Of a DNA stretch of 35,373 nucleotides, positions 22,238-35,373 are shown one piece after another. Within the stretch, counting starts at the first letter, position 1; the number at the start of each line of letters is the position of its first letter. The notes below the pieces were generated by a model that had not been told where the DNA came from, did not search any database, and saw only the letters and a list, made by a program, of their open reading frames with translations. A program made the translations under genes and the position numbers. The stretch lies in NCBI GenBank assembly GCA_050701675.1, contig JBOGDD010000283.1. The stretch is one strand, 5' to 3'. Source of the stretch: Mycobacterium sp. (GTDB lineage Bacteria; Actinomycetota; Actinomycetes; Mycobacteriales; Mycobacteriaceae).

Positions 22238-24007
22238 CGGCCCATGAGCCAGCTGAGCTTCGGCGACCTCGACGCGGACCTCTTGGCAGATCTAGGCGGG
22301 CTGGCGGACGTCTCGCTACACGACACGACATTCGTCGTCGTCGATCTGGAGACCACCGGCGGCCGCGCAAGGGGTGACGAAAATGGCGACGGCTACGACT
22401 CCATCACCGAGATCGGCGCCGTCAAGGTGAGGGGTGGTCAGGTGCTCGGCGAGCTCGCCACGCTCGTTGATCCAGGTCGCCCCATCCCACCGCAGATCGT
22501 CGCACTGACGGGCATCACCACCGCCATGGTCTACGACGCCCCGACCATCGACGCCGTGCTTCCTGCGTTTCTGGAGTTCTCCCGCGGCGCGGTGCTGGTG
22601 GCCCACAATGCCGGCTTCGACGTGGGGTTCCTGCGCGCCGCCGCCGAACGCTGCCAGCTCCCGTGGCGGCGGCCCCCCGTCCTATGCACGGTGAAGCTGG
22701 CGCGCAGGGTTCTCACGCGCGACGAAGCGCCGAGCGTCAAGCTCTCGGCGCTCGCCCGGCTCTTCGGCGCGAGCACCACTCCGACGCACCGCGCGCTCGA
22801 CGACGCACGAGCCACGGTCGACGTGTTGCACGCCCTCATCGCACGAGTCGGCAACCAGGACATCCACACCTACGCGGATCTGCGGTCGTACCTGCCCGAC
22901 GTGACGCCTGCACAGCGGCGCAACCGCCACCTGGCCACCGGTCTTCCGCGACGCCCCGGCGTGTACCTGTTCCGCGGGCCCGCCGATGAGGTGCTCTACG
23001 TGGGTACCGCGGTCGACCTGCGGCGCCGCGTCGGCCAGTACTTCACCGGCGCGGACCCGCGCGCCCGCATGAAGGAGATGGCGTCGCTGACCACGCGCGT
23101 CGACCACGTCGAGTGCGCACACGAGCTGGAGGCGGGCGTCCGCGAGCTGAGGTTGCTCGCGGCCCACGCTCCCCCGTACAACCGGCGCTCGAAGTTTCCG
23201 CACCGGTGGTGGTGGGTGGCCCTGACCGATGAGGCCTTTCCGAGGTTCTCGGTGGTGCGGGCACCCAAGCACGACCTGGCCGTCGGGCCGTTCCGCGCCC
23301 GTACCGACGCCGCGGAGACCGCCGCGCTGCTGGCGCGCTTCACCGGAGTGCGGACGTGCACCGCACGTTTGGCGCGCTCGGCGCTCCACGGGCCGTCCTG
23401 CCCCCAGCACGAGCTGTCCCCGTGTCCGGCACTGCGCGACGTGACGGCAGCCGCCTACGCCGCCGCGCCAGCCAGGGCCGCCGAGCTCATCGCGGGCACG
23501 GCCGACTCGGCCCTCTCGGAGGCGGTCACTCACATCGGTCTGCTGGCCGCGCAAGGCAAGTACCAGACCGCCGCACGGCTGCGCGACCACACCGCGACCG
23601 CGATCGACACCATGTGGCGAGGCCAGCGTCTGCGCGCGCTGGTGGCGGTCGACGAGCTGGTGGCGGCCAGGCCGGACGGCGCGGGTGGCTGGCACCTAGC
23701 CGTCATCAGGAACGGCCAGCTCGCCGCTGCGGGCAACGCGCGACGCGGGGTCCCCCCGATGCCCGTCGTCGACGCGATTTGCAGTGCGGCACAATCGATT
23801 CTGCCGTCCGCGGCGCCACTCGGCGGCGCCCTCGTCGAGGAGACGGCGCTCATCGCGCGCTGGCTGACCCAGGCCGGCGTGCGCACCGTGCGCACCGAGA
23901 CCGCCACGGGAATCGGCTATTGCACGCCCCTGGCGGCGGCAGGTCGACACGCCGCGTGGGCGGCGACGGCGCACTCCGCACGGATGGCGGCGGAGCAGTC
24001 CGAGAGA

Positions 24008-25747
<1,740 letters not shown>

Positions 25748-25807
25748 GGGCGGCCGATGACTTCCACGGACGGGCAGCCACTCACAAAGCGGATGAGAAG
25801 GGGTTCG

Positions 25808-26614
25808 ATGACCAGCAAGTCTCGCCGTCGGCTACGCCGGCGTCTGTCGGGAGCACTCCTGCTTCTGACCGGACTTCTCGTCGCGGGTGGCATCGCGGCA
25901 ACCCTGACACCCAAGCCGCAGGTGGCCGTCGCCGACGAGTCGAGCCTCGCGCTGCTACGCACCGGCAAGCAGCTCTTCGAGACCTCCTGCGTGACGTGCC
26001 ACGGCGCGAACCTCCAGGGCGTGCCCGACCGCGGACCGAGCCTCATCGGCACCGGCGAGGCAGCAGTCTTCTTCCAGGTGGGCACGGGCCGCATGCCTGC
26101 CATGAGCGGCAACGCCCAAGCGCCGCAGAAGCCCCCGACCTTCGACGAGCACCAGATCGATGCGATCGGCGCCTACGTGCAGGCCAACGGTGGCGGCCCC
26201 GAGGTCCCCCGCGATGCCAACGGCGCCGTGGCGGAGGGCGACCTGATCGGTAACGACGTGGCTCGCGGCGGCGACCTGTTCCGGCTGAACTGCGCGTCGT
26301 GCCACAACTTCACCGGCAAGGGTGGCGCGCTGTCCTCCGGCAAGTACGCACCCTCACTCGAGGACGCCGAGCCCGCACAGATCTACACCGCGATGCTGAC
26401 CGGGCCTCAGAACATGCCCAAGTTCTCGGACCGACAGCTGAGTCCGGAGGAGAAGCACGACATCGTCGCCTACGTCAGGCAGGCCACCTCGACCCCAGAT
26501 CCCGGCGGCTACGGGCTCGGCGGCTTCGGGCCCGCGCCAGAGGGCATGGCGGCCTGGATCATCGGGATGGTTGCAGTGATCGGTGTGGCAATGTGGGTGG
26601 GATCGCGCGCATGA
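25808..26614 (+). CDS. qcrC: Cytochrome bcc complex diheme cytochrome c subunit
   Basis: Two heme motifs CVTCH and CASCH, axial Met motifs GRMP and NMP, N- and C-terminal TM helices; alternative starts from 25757. Confidence 0.94.
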   Translation: MTSKSRRRLRRRLSGALLLLTGLLVAGGIAATLTPKPQVAVADESSLALLRTGKQLFETSCVTCHGANLQGVPDRGPSLIGTGEAAVFFQVGTGRMPAMSGNAQAPQKPPTFDEHQIDAIGAYVQANGGGPEVPRDANGAVAEGDLIGNDVARGGDLFRLNCASCHNFTGKGGALSSGKYAPSLEDAEPAQIYTAMLTGPQNMPKFSDRQLSPEEKHDIVAYVRQATSTPDPGGYGLGGFGPAPEGMAAWIIGMVAVIGVAMWVGSRA

Positions 26615-27777
26615 GTGACGACGTGTTCGACAAGCCGACCGAAGAACAGCTGGCCAAGATGTCGCGCGAGGAACTCGTCGCGCTCGGCGGCAGGATCGAC
26701 GGCGTAGAGACCGTCTTCAAGGAAGAGCGTTGGCCCGTTCCGGGCACCAAGGCCGAGAAGCGGGCCGAGCGCGCGGTCGCGTACTGGCTTCTCTTCGGCG
26801 GCATCGCGGGCCTCGCACTGCTGGTCGTGTTCCTGTTCTGGCCGTGGGAGTACAAGCCCTACGGGTCCGAGGGTGAGCTCCTCTACAGCCTTGCCACCCC
26901 GCTGTACGGCTTGACGTTCGGACTCTCGATCCTGGCGATCGGGATCGGTGCGGTGCTCTTCCAGAAGAAGTTCATCCCCGAGGAGATCTCCATCCAGGAC
27001 CGCCACGACGGCCCGTCCCCGGAGCTCGAGCGCAAGGCCACCGCGGCGAATCTCGTCGACGCGCTCGAAACCTCGACCATCAAGCGGCGCAAGTTGGTCG
27101 GCCTGTCGTTGGGCATCGGGCTCGGAGCCTTCGGGCTCGGCACGACGGTCGCGTTCGTCGGCGGACTCATCAAGAACCCTTGGAAGCCGGTCGTTCCGAC
27201 CGCCGATGGCAAGAAGGCCGTCCTGTGGACATCGGGCTGGTCCCCACGCTTCCACGGCGAGACCATCTACATGGCGCGCGCCACCGGTCAGCCCGGTAGC
27301 TCACCGTTCGTCAAGATGCGCCCGGAGGACCTCGACGCGGGTGGCATGGAGACGGTCTTCCCTTGGCGCGAGTCCGATGGTGATGGAAGCACGGTCGAGT
27401 CTCACGAGTCGCTCACCGAAATCGCCATGGGCGTACGCAATCCGGTGATGCTCATCCGCATCCGGCCCGAGGACATGTCGCGCGTGGTCAAGCGCCAGGG
27501 CCAGGAGAGCTTCAACTTCGGCGACCTGTTCGCCTTCACCAAGGTGTGCTCGCACCTTGGTTGCCCCTCCTCGCTCTACGAGCAGCAGACCTACCGCATC
27601 CTCTGCCCCTGCCATCAGTCGCAGTTCGACGCGCTGCACTTCGCGAGACCCATCTTCGGCCCGGCGGCGCGCGCCTTGGCGCAACTTCCGGTGACGATCG
27701 ACAAGGATGGGTATCTCGTCGCAAACGGAGACTTCATCGAACCAGTCGGACCGGCATTCTGGGAGCGAACGTCATGA
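26611..27777 (+). CDS. qcrA: Cytochrome bcc complex Rieske Fe-S subunit
   Basis: CSHLGC and [15 protein letters not shown]; three TM helices; ATGA overlap with qcrC. Confidence 0.95.
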   Translation: MSDDVFDKPTEEQLAKMSREELVALGGRIDGVETVFKEERWPVPGTKAEKRAERAVAYWLLFGGIAGLALLVVFLFWPWEYKPYGSEGELLYSLATPLYGLTFGLSILAIGIGAVLFQKKFIPEEISIQDRHDGPSPELERKATAANLVDALETSTIKRRKLVGLSLGIGLGAFGLGTTVAFVGGLIKNPWKPVVPTADGKKAVLWTSGWSPRFHGETIYMARATGQPGSSPFVKMRPEDLDAGGMETVFPWRESDGDGSTVESHESLTEIAMGVRNPVMLIRIRPEDMSRVVKRQGQESFNFGDLFAFTKVCSHLGCPSSLYEQQTYRILCPCHQSQFDALHFARPIFGPAARALAQLPVTIDKDGYLVANGDFIEPVGPAFWERTS

Positions 27778-29447
27778 GCCCAAAACTCGCTGACAAGGCA
27801 GCCGAACAAGGCGACGCGATCGATTCGCGTTACCACCCCTCCGCGGCGGTGCGCCGACAGCTCAACAAGGTCTTCCCGACGCACTGGTCGTTCCTTCTCG
27901 GTGAGATCGCGCTGTACAGCTTCATCGTGCTGCTGCTCACCGGTATCTACCTCACGCTGTTCTTCGATCCGTCGATGGCAGAGGTCACCTACCACGGCGT
28001 CTACCAGCCACTCAACGGCATCCAGATGTCGAAGGCCTACGCGTCGACCTTGGACATCACCTTCGAGGTCCGCGGCGGCTTGTTCGTTCGCCAGATCCAC
28101 CACTGGGCCGCGCTACTGTTCGCCGCGTCGATCATGGTCCACTTGGCGCGCATCTTCTTCACCGGTGCATTCCGGCGCCCCCGCGAGGCCAACTGGGTGA
28201 TCGGCTCGCTGCTGCTCATTCTGGCAATGTTCGAGGGGTATTTCGGTTACTCCCTGCCCGACGATCTGCTGTCGGGCACCGGTCTTCGGGCGGCGTTCTC
28301 GTCGATCACCCTTGGCATGCCGGTCATCGGCACCTGGCTGCACTGGGCGCTCTTCGGCGGCGACTTTCCTTGCGGCGGTCTCGGATACCAATGCTCCGCC
28401 AACGGCTACATCATCCCGCGGCTGTACTCCTTACACATCCTGTTGATTCCTGGAATCATGCTGGCGCTCATCGGCGTTCACCTGGCAATGGTGTGGTTCC
28501 AGAAGCACACCCAGTTCCCCGGCCCCGGACGCACCGAGCACAACGTCGTCGGCGTGCGGGTGATGCCGGTCTTCGCGGTGAAGTCCGGTGCGTTCTTCGC
28601 CATGACGGTCGGCATCCTGGGAATCATGGGCGGCGTGTTGCAGATCAACCCGATCTGGCAGCTGGGACCGTACAAACCGTCGCAGATCTCGGCGGGCAGC
28701 CAGCCCGACTTCTACATGATGTGGACTGACGGCCTCGCCCGCATGTGGCCGGCATGGGAGCTGTATCCGTTCGGGCACACCGTTCCTGCCGCGGTCGCCG
28801 TCGCGTTGATCATGGGATTGGTGTTCGTCCTCCTCACGATCTATCCGTTCCTCGAGAAGAAGATGTCCGGCGACGTCGCCCATCACAACCTTCTGCAGCG
28901 GCCGCGTGACGCTCCGGTCCGTACCGCGATCGGCTCCATGGCCATCGCGTTCTACATCGTGCTGACGTTCGCCTGCATGAACGACCTCATCGCGCTGAAG
29001 TTCCACGTGTCCCTGAACGCGACGACGTGGATCGGACGCATCGGCATGGTCGTCGTGCCAGCCATCGCCTACTACATCGCCTACCGGTGGGCCATCAGCC
29101 TGCAGCGCAGCGATCGCGCGGTGCTCGAGCACGGCATCGAGACGGGCATCCTCAAGCGGCTGCCGCACGGCGCCTACATCGAGCTGCACCAGCCGCTCGG
29201 CCCCGTCGACGATCACGGCCACCCGATTCCGCTGGAGTACCAGGGTGCCGCCCTGCCGAAGAAGATGAACAAGCTCGGCTCGGCAGGCGCACCAGGCATC
29301 GGCAACTTCCTGTACCCCGACCCCGAGTCGGAGCAGACGGCACTCGTCGAAGCCGCTCACGCGGCCGAGCGCAGGGCGATCGTCGCGCTCAAGGAGCGTC
29401 AGGGCGATGACGACACCAACGGCAACGGGTCGAACGGTCACCACTGA
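27774..29447 (+). CDS. qcrB: Cytochrome bcc complex cytochrome b subunit
   Basis: [40 protein letters not shown] (PEWY equivalent); ATGA overlap with qcrA. Confidence 0.96.
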   Translation: MSPKLADKAAEQGDAIDSRYHPSAAVRRQLNKVFPTHWSFLLGEIALYSFIVLLLTGIYLTLFFDPSMAEVTYHGVYQPLNGIQMSKAYASTLDITFEVRGGLFVRQIHHWAALLFAASIMVHLARIFFTGAFRRPREANWVIGSLLLILAMFEGYFGYSLPDDLLSGTGLRAAFSSITLGMPVIGTWLHWALFGGDFPCGGLGYQCSANGYIIPRLYSLHILLIPGIMLALIGVHLAMVWFQKHTQFPGPGRTEHNVVGVRVMPVFAVKSGAFFAMTVGILGIMGGVLQINPIWQLGPYKPSQISAGSQPDFYMMWTDGLARMWPAWELYPFGHTVPAAVAVALIMGLVFVLLTIYPFLEKKMSGDVAHHNLLQRPRDAPVRTAIGSMAIAFYIVLTFACMNDLIALKFHVSLNATTWIGRIGMVVVPAIAYYIAYRWAISLQRSDRAVLEHGIETGILKRLPHGAYIELHQPLGPVDDHGHPIPLEYQGAALPKKMNKLGSAGAPGIGNFLYPDPESEQTALVEAAHAAERRAIVALKERQGDDDTNGNGSNGHH

Positions 29448-29457
29448 CCGTTCGGCC
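29428..29457. terminator. Hairpin over the qcrB stop; probable terminator between convergent genes
   Basis: GGTCGAACGGTCA-ccac-TGACCGTTCGGCC, 13-bp stem with one G:U pair, no U-tract. Confidence 0.55.
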
Positions 29458-29494
29458 TAACGGCGGGAAGCCCTGCGGCGGGAAGCGTTGCCCG

Positions 29495-30145
29495 TCAGGA
29501 CTCGTCGAGCACGTCGTGTAACTGGCGGAGATAGAACCACATTGCGACGGGCATTGCCACGGCGATGACCGCGGCGACGCCGTACACGATCCACGCCGCG
29601 GTGTCGTGGCCGGAGGCCATCAGGTAGGTGGCTACCCCGATCCCCGTGGCGGCGGCACCCATCACACCTGCGATGCTCGCCGTGCAACGAAGCCAGATCT
29701 GGTCGACCGCGGCAGTTGGAAACCCGACGCGACTGGTGGCAGGCGGCGTCGCGGTGCGACGAAGCACCGGCGCCCCGAAGGGCTGCAACCGCTGCGACAC
29801 CGACGGTGCGTCGACCGGACCGCCGGGGTGTCCCTGCGATGCGGGCCTGGCCGGGACGGTCGATGCCGTCTGCCGCGCCCGCACCAGAAGCGGGATCGCA
29901 CCGACGATCACCGCGGCGGAGACGCCGATGACCGTGTACAGCAGCCAGGGGGTGTCTGAATCACCCGAGGCGACCGTATGCACCTGGGCAAGGTCGACAA
30001 GCGCGACGATGGCCGCCACTCCCGCACCAAGCGCAGCGAGCCAGAGCACGATGCTCGTGATGACGAGAATGCGGTCCACCTGATCGGGTGCCGCCGTGCT
30101 GAACCGCGAGCGCACGGTGGCACCGCCTTCCAAGTCGTGTGTCAT
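29495..30145 (-). CDS. Conserved membrane protein (DUF2561/Rv2197c-like)
   Basis: Four TM helices, DRILV..WLAALG, TPWLLYTVI; ATG overlaps the mmpS3 TGA. Confidence 0.8.
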   Translation of the reverse strand: MTHDLEGGATVRSRFSTAAPDQVDRILVITSIVLWLAALGAGVAAIVALVDLAQVHTVASGDSDTPWLLYTVIGVSAAVIVGAIPLLVRARQTASTVPARPASQGHPGGPVDAPSVSQRLQPFGAPVLRRTATPPATSRVGFPTAAVDQIWLRCTASIAGVMGAAATGIGVATYLMASGHDTAAWIVYGVAAVIAVAMPVAMWFYLRQLHDVLDES

Positions 30146-30975
30146 CAGCAGCTGGTCTGCCAATCGTTGTTCTGTTGTGAGGCGATGGTCTGTCCGTCGC
30201 TAGTAGTTATCTGACAGTTCAACTTGCTCAACCGTAGGAGGCTGGACGCCTGCACCGAGCCGAACTCCGACATCGAGATCGGAGTCACCGTCAGCGACCA
30301 CGGGATGTACACGTTCTGCTGGGTGCGCTGCCTGCCGGACGCGTCGGTATAGGTGACGGAGATCCGGTCCAGCGGCGCCTTCGTGCCCGTCACCGTGTAC
30401 GTGATGAACCTGGGGCCCGCCGGCGCCGTCGTGGTCACCGGCGGCGCGCCGGTATCGGCGGGCGGCGGTGGCGGCTCCTCGGTTGGTGCCGGAGGCGGCG
30501 GAGGGGGTTCCGGCGTCACCGTCACCGTCTCGGGCGGAGGTGGCGGCGGTTCCTCGCTGGTCGGAGGTGGCGGCGGAGGTGGCGGGGGCGTCGTCGTCGT
30601 GATCTCGTCCTGGACCGGCGGCACGGAGGTCGTGGTGCTGGTCGCGGGAGTCGCGAGGGTTTCGCTATCGGTGCGGGTGACGAGCACTGCTACCGAGACG
30701 ACCAGGGATATCGCGGCCACGATGGCGACCACCCCGACCACCCACGGCCACCGCGGTGGCGTCGCGTCGTCGCCGTCTGCATCGGCGGTGGAGTCGTAGG
30801 AGTCGTAGTCGTACAGCGCCGAGTCGGGTGGCACGTAGGGCGCACTGGTGAACTGCTCCGACTCGGGCGCGGAGTACGCCCGCGAGTAGATCTCCGTCTC
30901 GCCCGTCTTCGGCGTCTCCCGAGCCGGTTCGTCCGGTTTCGGAGAATCCGATTCTGGGGGATTCGGCCCGCTCAT
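30145..30975 (-). CDS. mmpS3: MmpS3/LamA divisome-associated membrane protein
   Basis: [21 protein letters not shown] helix, Pro/Thr linker, C-terminal MmpS domain [27 protein letters not shown]. Confidence 0.88.
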   Translation of the reverse strand: MSGPNPPESDSPKPDEPARETPKTGETEIYSRAYSAPESEQFTSAPYVPPDSALYDYDSYDSTADADGDDATPPRWPWVVGVVAIVAAISLVVSVAVLVTRTDSETLATPATSTTTSVPPVQDEITTTTPPPPPPPPPTSEEPPPPPPETVTVTPEPPPPPPAPTEEPPPPPADTGAPPVTTTAPAGPRFITYTVTGTKAPLDRISVTYTDASGRQRTQQNVYIPWSLTVTPISMSEFGSVQASSLLRLSKLNCQITTSDGQTIASQQNNDWQTSC

Positions 30976-31137
30976 CTAAACGCCTGTCCTCTTCGACTGC
31001 CCGATCGGCGCGACGTCAGCGTCGGTGTCGTGACTGGTCGTGCCTCGGCAACCCTACCGAACGCCATGCCCGGACGGCTCTCGCGGCGCTCTACTTCAGC
31101 CAACTGAGGCCTTTATCGTGACCTTGCGGCTGCGTGG

Positions 31138-31557
31138 TCAGTGCTTCTCGGGGCCGACGTAGTACTCGAACACCAGACCGGCGGCAGAGGCGATCACTAA
31201 TACGCCACCCGCGGCGATCAGCCACGGCAACCACATCGCCACCGCCACCGCGAGCACCGACGCCGACAGCGCAATCAACAGTGGCCACCAGCTGCCCGGG
31301 CTGTAGAAGCCCAATTCCCCCGCACCGTCGGCGATCTCGGCGTCCTCGTAGTCCTCGGGACGGGTGTCGAGACGCCTGGCGACGAATCGGAAGAAGGTGC
31401 CGATGATGAGCGACAAGCCGGTGGTGAGGACCAGCGCGGTGGTGCCCGCCCATTCGATGCCGCCGTAGGCGTAGATCGCGGTCAGCGCGCCGTAGCCGAC
31501 GGCGCAGAGCGCGAAGAACGCGGTCAGGATTTCGAACAATCTCGCTTCGATGTGCAT
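31138..31557 (-). CDS. ctaF: Cytochrome aa3 oxidase subunit 4
   Basis: [54 protein letters not shown]. Confidence 0.93.
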   Translation of the reverse strand: MHIEARLFEILTAFFALCAVGYGALTAIYAYGGIEWAGTTALVLTTGLSLIIGTFFRFVARRLDTRPEDYEDAEIADGAGELGFYSPGSWWPLLIALSASVLAVAVAMWLPWLIAAGGVLVIASAAGLVFEYYVGPEKH

Positions 31558-31570
31558 GAGGTGTCGTCCC

Positions 31571-32602
31571 CTACTTGCTCGCCTGCGGAACCTGTTCGCC
31601 GCGGCGCGATTCGAACGGATGCGTGGTCACTGCCAATTCCGGCAGGCCCACTGCCCCGAGCGCGTCCGCGTTGGTCCCGTTGGGATGGTCGATGCGGTAC
31701 TGGAGATAGGCCTTGAAGACGTTCGGCTCCACGACGCGCACCTCGAAGTTCATCATCGAGTGGTACGTGCCGCACATCTCGGTGCAGCGCCCGACGAACG
31801 CACCCGTCTCCTGAATCTCGCTGACCTGGAAGACGTTGTCCGAGTTGTTGGCCTTCGGATCCGGCATCACGTCGCGCTTGAAGAGGAACTCCGGGACCCA
31901 GAAGCCGTGGATGACGTCGGCCGACGCGATCTGGAACTCGATGCGCTTGCCCTTGGGCAGCACCAGGATCGGAATCTCGTTGCTGGTTCCCGTGGTCTCG
32001 ACCTTGTCGAAGTTCAGGTAGGTGCGATCCTCGGGGTTTAGCCCGTTGATCGGCCCGACGACTTCTTCACCGTGCGCATCGACGCCCTCGGGCTTGGACA
32101 CCATGGCGTTCTTTCGCTGGGCGTCGGCGCCGTCGTAGGAGAGCGTGCCGTCCTTGAAGTCGATCTTCTGATAACCGAACTTCCAGTTCCACTGAAAGGC
32201 GGTGACGTCGATGACGACATCCGGGTTGGGGTCCTTGTGCAGCATCTTCTCCTGCACCACCACGGTGAAGTAGAAAAGCACCGAAATGATGAGGAACGGC
32301 ACGACGGTCAACACCAGCTCGAGCGGCATGTTGTACCCGAACTGGCGCGGCAGCTCGGTGTCGGTCTTCTTCTTGCGGTGGAAGGCGCTGGTCCAGAAGA
32401 TCAAGGCCCACACGATCACCCCGACGACGAGCGACGCGATGACGCAGCCGACCCACAGCTCCCTGTTGAGCTTGGCCTCTGGGGTGATGCCGCTTGGCCA
32501 ACCGAGGCCGATTGCCTCCGACCAGCTGCAGCCGCTGAGCAGGAGCGCAGTCCCACCCAGAACCACAGACAACACCACCAACCGGAACCCGCGAGCGGTC
32601 AC
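31571..32602 (-). CDS. ctaC: Cytochrome aa3 oxidase subunit II
   Basis: Lipobox [12 protein letters not shown], CuA ligands DVIHGFWVP and [20 protein letters not shown]. Confidence 0.96.
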   Translation of the reverse strand: MTARGFRLVVLSVVLGGTALLLSGCSWSEAIGLGWPSGITPEAKLNRELWVGCVIASLVVGVIVWALIFWTSAFHRKKKTDTELPRQFGYNMPLELVLTVVPFLIISVLFYFTVVVQEKMLHKDPNPDVVIDVTAFQWNWKFGYQKIDFKDGTLSYDGADAQRKNAMVSKPEGVDAHGEEVVGPINGLNPEDRTYLNFDKVETTGTSNEIPILVLPKGKRIEFQIASADVIHGFWVPEFLFKRDVMPDPKANNSDNVFQVSEIQETGAFVGRCTEMCGTYHSMMNFEVRVVEPNVFKAYLQYRIDHPNGTNADALGAVGLPELAVTTHPFESRRGEQVPQASK

Positions 32603-32637
32603 GTTGGTGCCTCCTAGAATTGGGTGAAACCAGGCGA

Positions 32638-32653
32638 ATACTACGCAGCGTAG
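32638..32653 (-). promoter_or_regulatory. Palindrome CTACGC-N-GCGTAG overlapping a candidate ctaC -10 (TAGTAT)
   Basis: 13-bp palindrome at 32641-32653; minus-strand TAGTAT at 32643-32638. Confidence 0.5.
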
Positions 32654-32670
32654 ACCACACCCAAGGGCTG

Positions 32671-32726
32671 GAGCGAAGCGACCGGGGAATGTCGCCGGAG
32701 GGCAGAGCGAAGCGACCGGGGAATGT
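32671..32726 (+). repeat. 22-bp direct repeat, two copies, REP-like
   Basis: GAGCGAAGCGACCGGGGAATGT at 32671-32692 and 32705-32726, with a 12-nt spacer. Confidence 0.85.
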
Positions 32727-32774
32727 TCCAGGGTGCTGGTCTGGGCGCGACTGCTCGTTCGGCATACTGGCGCA

Positions 32775-34718
32775 GTGTGCGGACTGCTGGCCTACCTACG
32801 CGACCCGTCCGCCGACCCGGCCACGGAGCTGGTCGACGCGATGTCCGGGGCCGCTCATCTGATGCGTCACCGCGGCCCGGACGAGCCGGGGACCTGGGCC
32901 AATGACCCAGGCGAGCCCGCCATCGTGCTTGGCTTCAATCGTCTGTCGATCATCGACATCGCCCACAGTCACCAACCGCTGAGCTGGGGCCCGCCCGAGG
33001 AGCCCGGCCGCTACAAGCTGGTCTTCAACGGTGAGATCTACAACTACCTCGAATTGCGCGATGAGCTGTCGACGCGCCACGGCGCGGAGTTCGCCACCGA
33101 CGGCGATGGCGAAGCGATCATCGCGGCCTATCACCACTGGGGCGTCGAGGCCCTCAATCGCCTGCGTGGCATGTTTGCCTTCGCACTGTGGGACACCAGA
33201 GAGCGGGAGTTGTTCTGCGCCCGCGACCCGTTCGGCATCAAGCCGTTGTTCATGGCCACCGGCCCCGGCGGCACCATCGTCGGCAGCGAGAAGAAGTGCC
33301 TGCTCGACCTGGCTCCGGTCGCGGGCATCGACCTCGGCATCGACGAACGCGCGGTGCAGCACTACACCGTGTTGCAGTACGTCCCCGAGCCGGAGACGTT
33401 GCACCGTGGCGTGCGCCGGCTGGAATCAGGCAGCTACGCCCGCATCCGGCCCGGCCGCATGCCGGAGGTCACGCGGTACTTCGTGCCACGGTTCGCCGCG
33501 GTGCCGTTCACCGCGGGCGACGAGCAGCGCCGCTACGACGAGATCACGGCGGTACTCGAGGATTCGGTCGCCAAGCACATGCGCGCCGACGTCACCGTCG
33601 GCGCCTTCCTGTCGGGAGGGATCGACTCGACGGCGATCGCGGCGCTGGCGATGCGGCACAACCCGCGGTTGATCACGTTCACGACCGGCTTCGAGCGTGA
33701 GGGCTTCTCGGAGGTCGACGTCGCGGTGGCGTCGGCCGAGGCGATCGGCGCGCGGCACGTCACCAAGGTGGTGAGCCAGGCCGAATTCGTCGAGGCGCTG
33801 CCCGAGATCGTCTGGTACCTCGACGAGCCCGTCGCCGATCCCGCCCTGGTGCCCTTGTTCTTCATCGCCCGCGAGGCGCGCAAGCACGTCAAGGTGGTGC
33901 TGTCCGGAGAGGGCGCCGACGAGCTCTTCGGTGGATACACGATCTACCGGGAACCGTTGTCGCTGAAGGCCTTCGACTACGTGCCGGGACCGCTGCGCCG
34001 GTCGCTGGGCCGGGCGTCGAGCCCGCTGCCCGATGGCATGCGGGGCAAGAGCCTGCTGCACCGCGGTTCGTTGACGCTGCAGGAGCGCTACTACGGCAAC
34101 GCCCGCAGCTTCTCCGATGCGCAGTTGCGCGCGGTTCTTCCCGGCTTCCGGCCGGAGTGGACGCACACCGACGTGACCGCCGCCCTGTACGCCGAATCCG
34201 AAGGCTGGGATCCGGTGGCACGCATGCAGCACATCGACCTGTTCACCTGGCTGCGCGGCGACATCCTCGTCAAGGCCGACAAGATGACGATGGCGAACTC
34301 ATTGGAACTGCGCGTGCCGTTCCTGGACCCCGAGGTGTTCGCCGTCGCGTCCAGGCTCCCGTTCGATCAGAAGATCACCAGGGCGACGACGAAGTACGCG
34401 CTGCGCAGGGCGCTCGAACCGATCGTTCCCGCCCACGTGCTCAATCGCGCCAAACTCGGCTTCCCCGTGCCGATTCGGCACTGGCTGCGGTCAGGCGAAC
34501 TGCTCGACTGGGCGTATGCGACCGTCGCGGCCTCACAGACCGACGAGTTGATCGACCTCGCTGCGGTACGGCGGATGCTCGACGAACACCGGACCGGCGC
34601 GGCCGATCACAGTCGACGGTTGTGGACCGTGCTGATCTTCATGCTGTGGCACGCGATATTCGTCGGCCGCAGCGTGGTGCCGAACATCAGCGAACCGGCG
34701 TACCCGGTCCAGCTCTAG
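32775..34718 (+). CDS. asnB: Glutamine-dependent amidotransferase AsnB/LtsA (peptidoglycan mDAP amidation in mycolata)
   Basis: N-terminal MCG (Ntn Cys) from GTG 32775, [54 protein letters not shown]. Confidence 0.95.
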   Translation: MCGLLAYLRDPSADPATELVDAMSGAAHLMRHRGPDEPGTWANDPGEPAIVLGFNRLSIIDIAHSHQPLSWGPPEEPGRYKLVFNGEIYNYLELRDELSTRHGAEFATDGDGEAIIAAYHHWGVEALNRLRGMFAFALWDTRERELFCARDPFGIKPLFMATGPGGTIVGSEKKCLLDLAPVAGIDLGIDERAVQHYTVLQYVPEPETLHRGVRRLESGSYARIRPGRMPEVTRYFVPRFAAVPFTAGDEQRRYDEITAVLEDSVAKHMRADVTVGAFLSGGIDSTAIAALAMRHNPRLITFTTGFEREGFSEVDVAVASAEAIGARHVTKVVSQAEFVEALPEIVWYLDEPVADPALVPLFFIAREARKHVKVVLSGEGADELFGGYTIYREPLSLKAFDYVPGPLRRSLGRASSPLPDGMRGKSLLHRGSLTLQERYYGNARSFSDAQLRAVLPGFRPEWTHTDVTAALYAESEGWDPVARMQHIDLFTWLRGDILVKADKMTMANSLELRVPFLDPEVFAVASRLPFDQKITRATTKYALRRALEPIVPAHVLNRAKLGFPVPIRHWLRSGELLDWAYATVAASQTDELIDLAAVRRMLDEHRTGAADHSRRLWTVLIFMLWHAIFVGRSVVPNISEPAYPVQL

Positions 34719-34726
34719 TTTCTAAC

Positions 34727-35373
<647 letters not shown>

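Noticed and set aside
30420..30660. GGC/GGT-rich low-complexity repeats and a Gly-rich ORF on the + strand
   Set aside because: Antisense of the Pro/Thr linker of MmpS3/LamA; not a PE_PGRS gene or a tandem array.
32671..32726. Possible mini-CRISPR
   Set aside because: Only two repeats, a 12-nt spacer and no cas genes.

Overview
High-GC actinobacterial core-chromosome segment, most likely from a rapidly growing mycobacterium (Mycolicibacterium-like). From recalled gene order it is collinear with M. tuberculosis Rv2164c-Rv2202c. Contents in order: start of the dcw cluster (mraZ, rsmH, partial ftsL), DUF3040 protein, GNAT acetyltransferase, lppM, idsA2, mptA, Rv2175c-like/pknL, aroG, RNase AS, an alpha-1,2-mannosyltransferase, a plsC/Cys-protein/ArsA-like ATPase/2x SRPBCC/fadD15 block, pimB', an HExxH protein, ripC, a small Cys-rich ORF, a DEDD+GIY-YIG nuclease, trpD, ctaE-qcrCAB, mmpS3 (lamA), ctaF, ctaC, asnB and partial adoK. 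I see no mobile element, CRISPR, prophage or defence island, and no clearly new multi-gene system. The best leads are small-scale: (1) two divergent exact PafBC-type (RecA-NDp) promoters, one driving an uncharacterised CxxC-x6-CxxC mini-protein via a 9-aa leaderless uORF; (2) an ArsA/Get3-like ATPase whose P-loop requires a non-canonical start (probably CTG), inside an uncharacterised lipid-handling-like cluster; (3) MraZ-box arrays and the mraW RNA hairpin; (4) a related motif at the -10 elements of both respiratory operons. Orthology calls come from motif recognition and remembered synteny, not from database searches.
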